A stretch of DNA of 62,900 bases, filler included, from Sphacelaria rigidula (Eukaryota): assembly GCA_964200075.2 (NCBI GenBank). It is 6 parts of 6 records of this genome, joined end to end, with 100 filler letters (N's around TTAATTAATTAA, not from the genome) between each part and the next. Parts side by side here need not be neighbours in the genome. Positions count along the whole stretch, not along the records: positions 52,502 to 62,900 come from CAXNAA020006568.1; 5 more parts are not named here. The stretch is one strand, 5' to 3'. The notes beneath the pieces were generated by a model that worked only from the letters and a program-made list of their open reading frames with translations, ran no database searches and was not told the DNA's origin. A program made the translations under genes and the position numbers. Below, one piece after another: positions 61,585-62,900 of the stretch (positions are counted from its first letter, which is position 1; every line of letters starts with the position of its first letter).

Positions 61585-62005
61585 AACATGGGATCTTACA
61601 AATTGGGGATGGACCTTCTCTTGGGGATGAGAAACCCGAAGAACTAAAATCTTCGTATCCACACCAAATCTTCACCTATTGACATCTATTGACAACTGCT
61701 ACACGCATAGAAATTTGGATGTCGATCACCGAAATGTTGGGTTCCTAGGTGAAGAAACAAATATGGGAAATTCCGGGTGTCCGAACGGACACCACAATGG
61801 TTCCGAAATTGGTTTTTCACCCAGGACCCCAACATTTCGGTGGTGGAGATCCAAATTTCCATGGCGTGTAGCAGTTGTCAATAGCTATCAGCAGGTGAAG
61901 CAATGGAACCATGCTCGAAGATTTGGTGTGGATAAGAAGATTTTAATTTTCCGGGTTTCTCATCCCCAATAAAAGATGCATCCCCAATCTATAAGATCGC
62001 GTGTT
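61585..62005. mobile_element. MITE with long TIRs (about 85 bp) and 4-bp TSD AACC; a second copy starts at 62698 and runs off the window
   Basis: AACATGGGATCTTACAAATTGGGGATG..GGGGATGAGAAACCCG..CCACACCAAATCTTC is mirrored at 61917-62005. Confidence 0.8.
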
Positions 62006-62900
62006 AACCCGTGATGGTGTCTACGTTCCAGGATGTTCCTCTCTCGATTGACAGCAATACCCCTGGGTTCTTATAACCGTTCTTGAGCACGAGGAAAGGA
62101 CCGAGGCGAGGTATGAAGCGTTCCTACTGGCCCTGGATGCTTTCCTCCAGCACCTCCAACGCTTGCGTCACAATCTGCTGGTTGAACAACCTGATGTAAG
62201 GCTTTCGACTTTGAGGCCATGCAGTCAGTCTTCTAGACCCTGCACGGTGAAGGAATCGCTCCACAACTGTCAACAGTCATGTTACGATGGCGTCGGGGTA
62301 TTTTGAACCATTTCTTGAGCGAAATTCCTGAGAATCACGTGCCCCCGCTAACCAAAACACACAGCTCAATCCACAGCTGTTCATGAGTTGAGCACGTTGT
62401 GCGTGACCTTGCTCAAAGCTGCTCAGAATTCAGTGAGAAACGATGATAAGCGTGACTCGCGCGCACAGCACATGCACACAAGAAGCCAGCAACGGCGCGT
62501 TTCCGGTTAAAGTTTGATACGCACGCGGTCGCTTTTCATCTAATACTGGACGGATTTCCGTCAAAGGCTGCGGTGCGTAGATGATCGAGAGCTAGCACTG
62601 GAGCTAAGGCGCGTGATGAGTAGTCGGTATCTTCGCGTGGGTTTTCGGGGCTCGGTGTGCCGGCATTCTGTGGCCTTGTTGCGTTTTATCTGTTAGAAAC
62701 ACGGAATCTTACAAGCTGAGGATTCATCTGTTATTCGGGATGAGAAACCCGAAGAACTAAAATCTTCGTATCCACACCAGATCTTCGAAATATGGTTCCA
62801 TTTCTTCAGCTTCTGATAGCTATTGACAACTAGCAGCCGATTTTCGAAAATGGGGTTGAAAAAAACAATAAGAAGAAACTCAACGGCGGTGATTTCCGCG

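Overview
This is eukaryotic, TE-rich DNA, most likely a brown alga (Phaeophyceae). That call is an inference from intron style, a tRNA-derived SINE, and the Ty3/Gypsy and Copia types present. The window is not one locus. It is six unrelated contigs (10401, 10401, 10400, 10400, 10399 and 10399 bp, sorted by length) joined by artificial 100-bp N44-TTAATTAATTAA-N44 spacers. Contig 1 holds MITEs and two decayed Gypsy gag(-protease) remnants. Contig 2 is a whole Gypsy/chromovirus unit whose ends overlap by exactly 127 bp inside a single reconstructed 728-bp LTR. It has a PBS and PPT, no detectable protease, three nested MITEs, and a chromodomain plus a further Tudor-like C-terminal region. Contig 3 is a decaying, intronless, virus-like gene island (Bro-N-like protein, HMG/H1-like basic protein, small membrane proteins) beside a shuffled mosaic of repeat modules. 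Contig 4 has three exons of an EEP-family (CCR4/nocturnin-like) gene. Contig 5 has a GT77-like nucleotide-diphospho-sugar transferase gene and a second decayed Gypsy. Contig 6 has a Tudor/AT-hook low-complexity gene, a SINE and MITEs. The most notable observation is a 283-bp GAG-ended DNA-transposon-like element inserted at an AGGT target in the glycosyltransferase coding sequence. Its target-site duplication (TSD) and inverted repeats (TIRs) build a canonical GTGAGT...CAG intron, and splicing restores the frame exactly. It is an introner-type intron gain candidate, and related 4-bp-TSD elements occur elsewhere in the window.
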